NCBI RefSeq assembly: GCF_006345805.1
Contig: NW_021832767.1
Coordinates: forward strand, 1-32,768
Direction: 5' to 3'
DNA: 32,768 nucleotides
DNA from: Octopus sinensis
Taxonomy: Eukaryota
The notes below the pieces were generated by a model, which was not told where the DNA came from, ran no database searches, and was given only the letters and a program-made list of their open reading frames with translations. Below, piece after piece: positions 31,701 to 32,768 of the stretch (its first letter is position 1; each line of letters starts with the position of its first letter). The translations under genes and the position numbers were made by a program.

Positions 31701-32009
31701 AACAAAAGTAAAAATAGCAATTGGTATAAAATTGCATCAATGATTTGAACTTGAATAAGTGGTTTCACATGAATGGGAATAAATTAAAAATATAATTAGC
31801 GTGCAGAAATGGAATAGTCCAGATGGATAATAAAAAATTAAATTAAGGAAAAGACTATTGTCTATAAAGTATACAATGTAGAGAAAAAAGAAGACTAACA
31901 ATTCCAGTCTGTTATATATTTTCAGTATTGTTATCACTAGCGATATCAAGATATAACTTTGTATTTTGTATTTTATATGTAGATGTATATATATATAGAT
32001 GTACATATA

Positions 32010-32180
32010 GGCACAGGAGTGGCTGTGTGGTATGTAGCTTGCTAACCAACCACATGGATCAGGGTTCAGTCCCACTGCGTGGCACCTTGGGCAAATGTCT
32101 TCTACTATAGCCCTGGGCCGGCCAATGCCCCCTGAGTGGATTTGGTAGACGGAAACTGAAAGAAGCCCGTCGTATATATG

Positions 32181-32215
<35 letters not shown>

Positions 32216-32438
32216 TTGTGTGTCTGTGTTTGTCCCCCTAGTATTGCTTGACAACCGATGCTGGTGTGTTTATGTCCCCATCACTTAGCGGTTCGACAAA
32301 AGGGACCGATAGAATAAGTACTGGTCTTACAAAGAATAAGTCCCGGGGTTGAGTTGCTAGATTGAAAAAAAAAAAAAAAGGCGGTGCTCCAGCATGGCCG
32401 CAGTCAAATGACTGAAACAAGTGAAGGAGTAAAAGAGT
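32010..32438 (+). mobile_element. tRNA-derived SINE with internal microsatellite
   Basis: GTGGCTGTGTGGTA...GGGTTCAGTCCCACTGCGTGGCACCTTGGGCAA (B-box plus CORE-like), (TA)/(TG) spacer, body ending GCGGTGCTCCAGCATGGCCGCAGTCAAATGACTGAAAC. Confidence 0.85.
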
Positions 32439-32469
32439 ATATATATACATAGATACATATATATACACG

Positions 32470-32519
<50 letters not shown>

Positions 32520-32649
32520 ATATATAATAATAATTATATATATATATATATATAATATATGTATATATATACATATATATATTTATTACCTATATATACA
32601 CATAAATATATACACATATATATTCATATATACACATACATTTATATAC

Positions 32650-32731
32650 GACAGGCTTCTTTCAGCTTCCGTCTGCCAAATCCACTGAGAAGGCTTTGGT
32701 CGGCCTGAGGCTAAAGTAGAAGACACTTGCT
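32650..32731 (-). mobile_element. SINE fragment (32010 family)
   Basis: Reverse complement of 32095-32175. Confidence 0.75.
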
Positions 32732-32768
32732 TATGTATATATGTGTGTATGTGTGTATTATCATCTTT

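Overview
AT-rich, repeat-dense animal genomic DNA. The SINE, RTE and microsatellite repertoire suggests a coleoid cephalopod (octopus-like); this is inferred from repeat motifs, not from a search. The only gene-like unit is a minus-strand, essentially single-exon ~5.4 kb frame (10981->5607). It encodes a coiled coil followed by about six tandem NHL/TRIM-type beta-propeller units. It has 3.7 kb of clean ORF plus tight clusters of frameshifts/stops, and a truncated inverted paralogue lies at ~28.7-29.3 kb. The rest is mobile DNA: non-autonomous Helitrons, RTE and CR1-group LINE fragments, two Tc1/mariner remnants, tRNA-derived SINEs, foldback elements and a Penelope (GIY-YIG) 3' end. A 2.6 kb array of near-identical 559/560-bp units in inverted arrangement (23761-26362) carries five copies of a Type I hammerhead-ribozyme-like motif with a palindromic stem III, resembling a retrozyme/Penelope-derived element.
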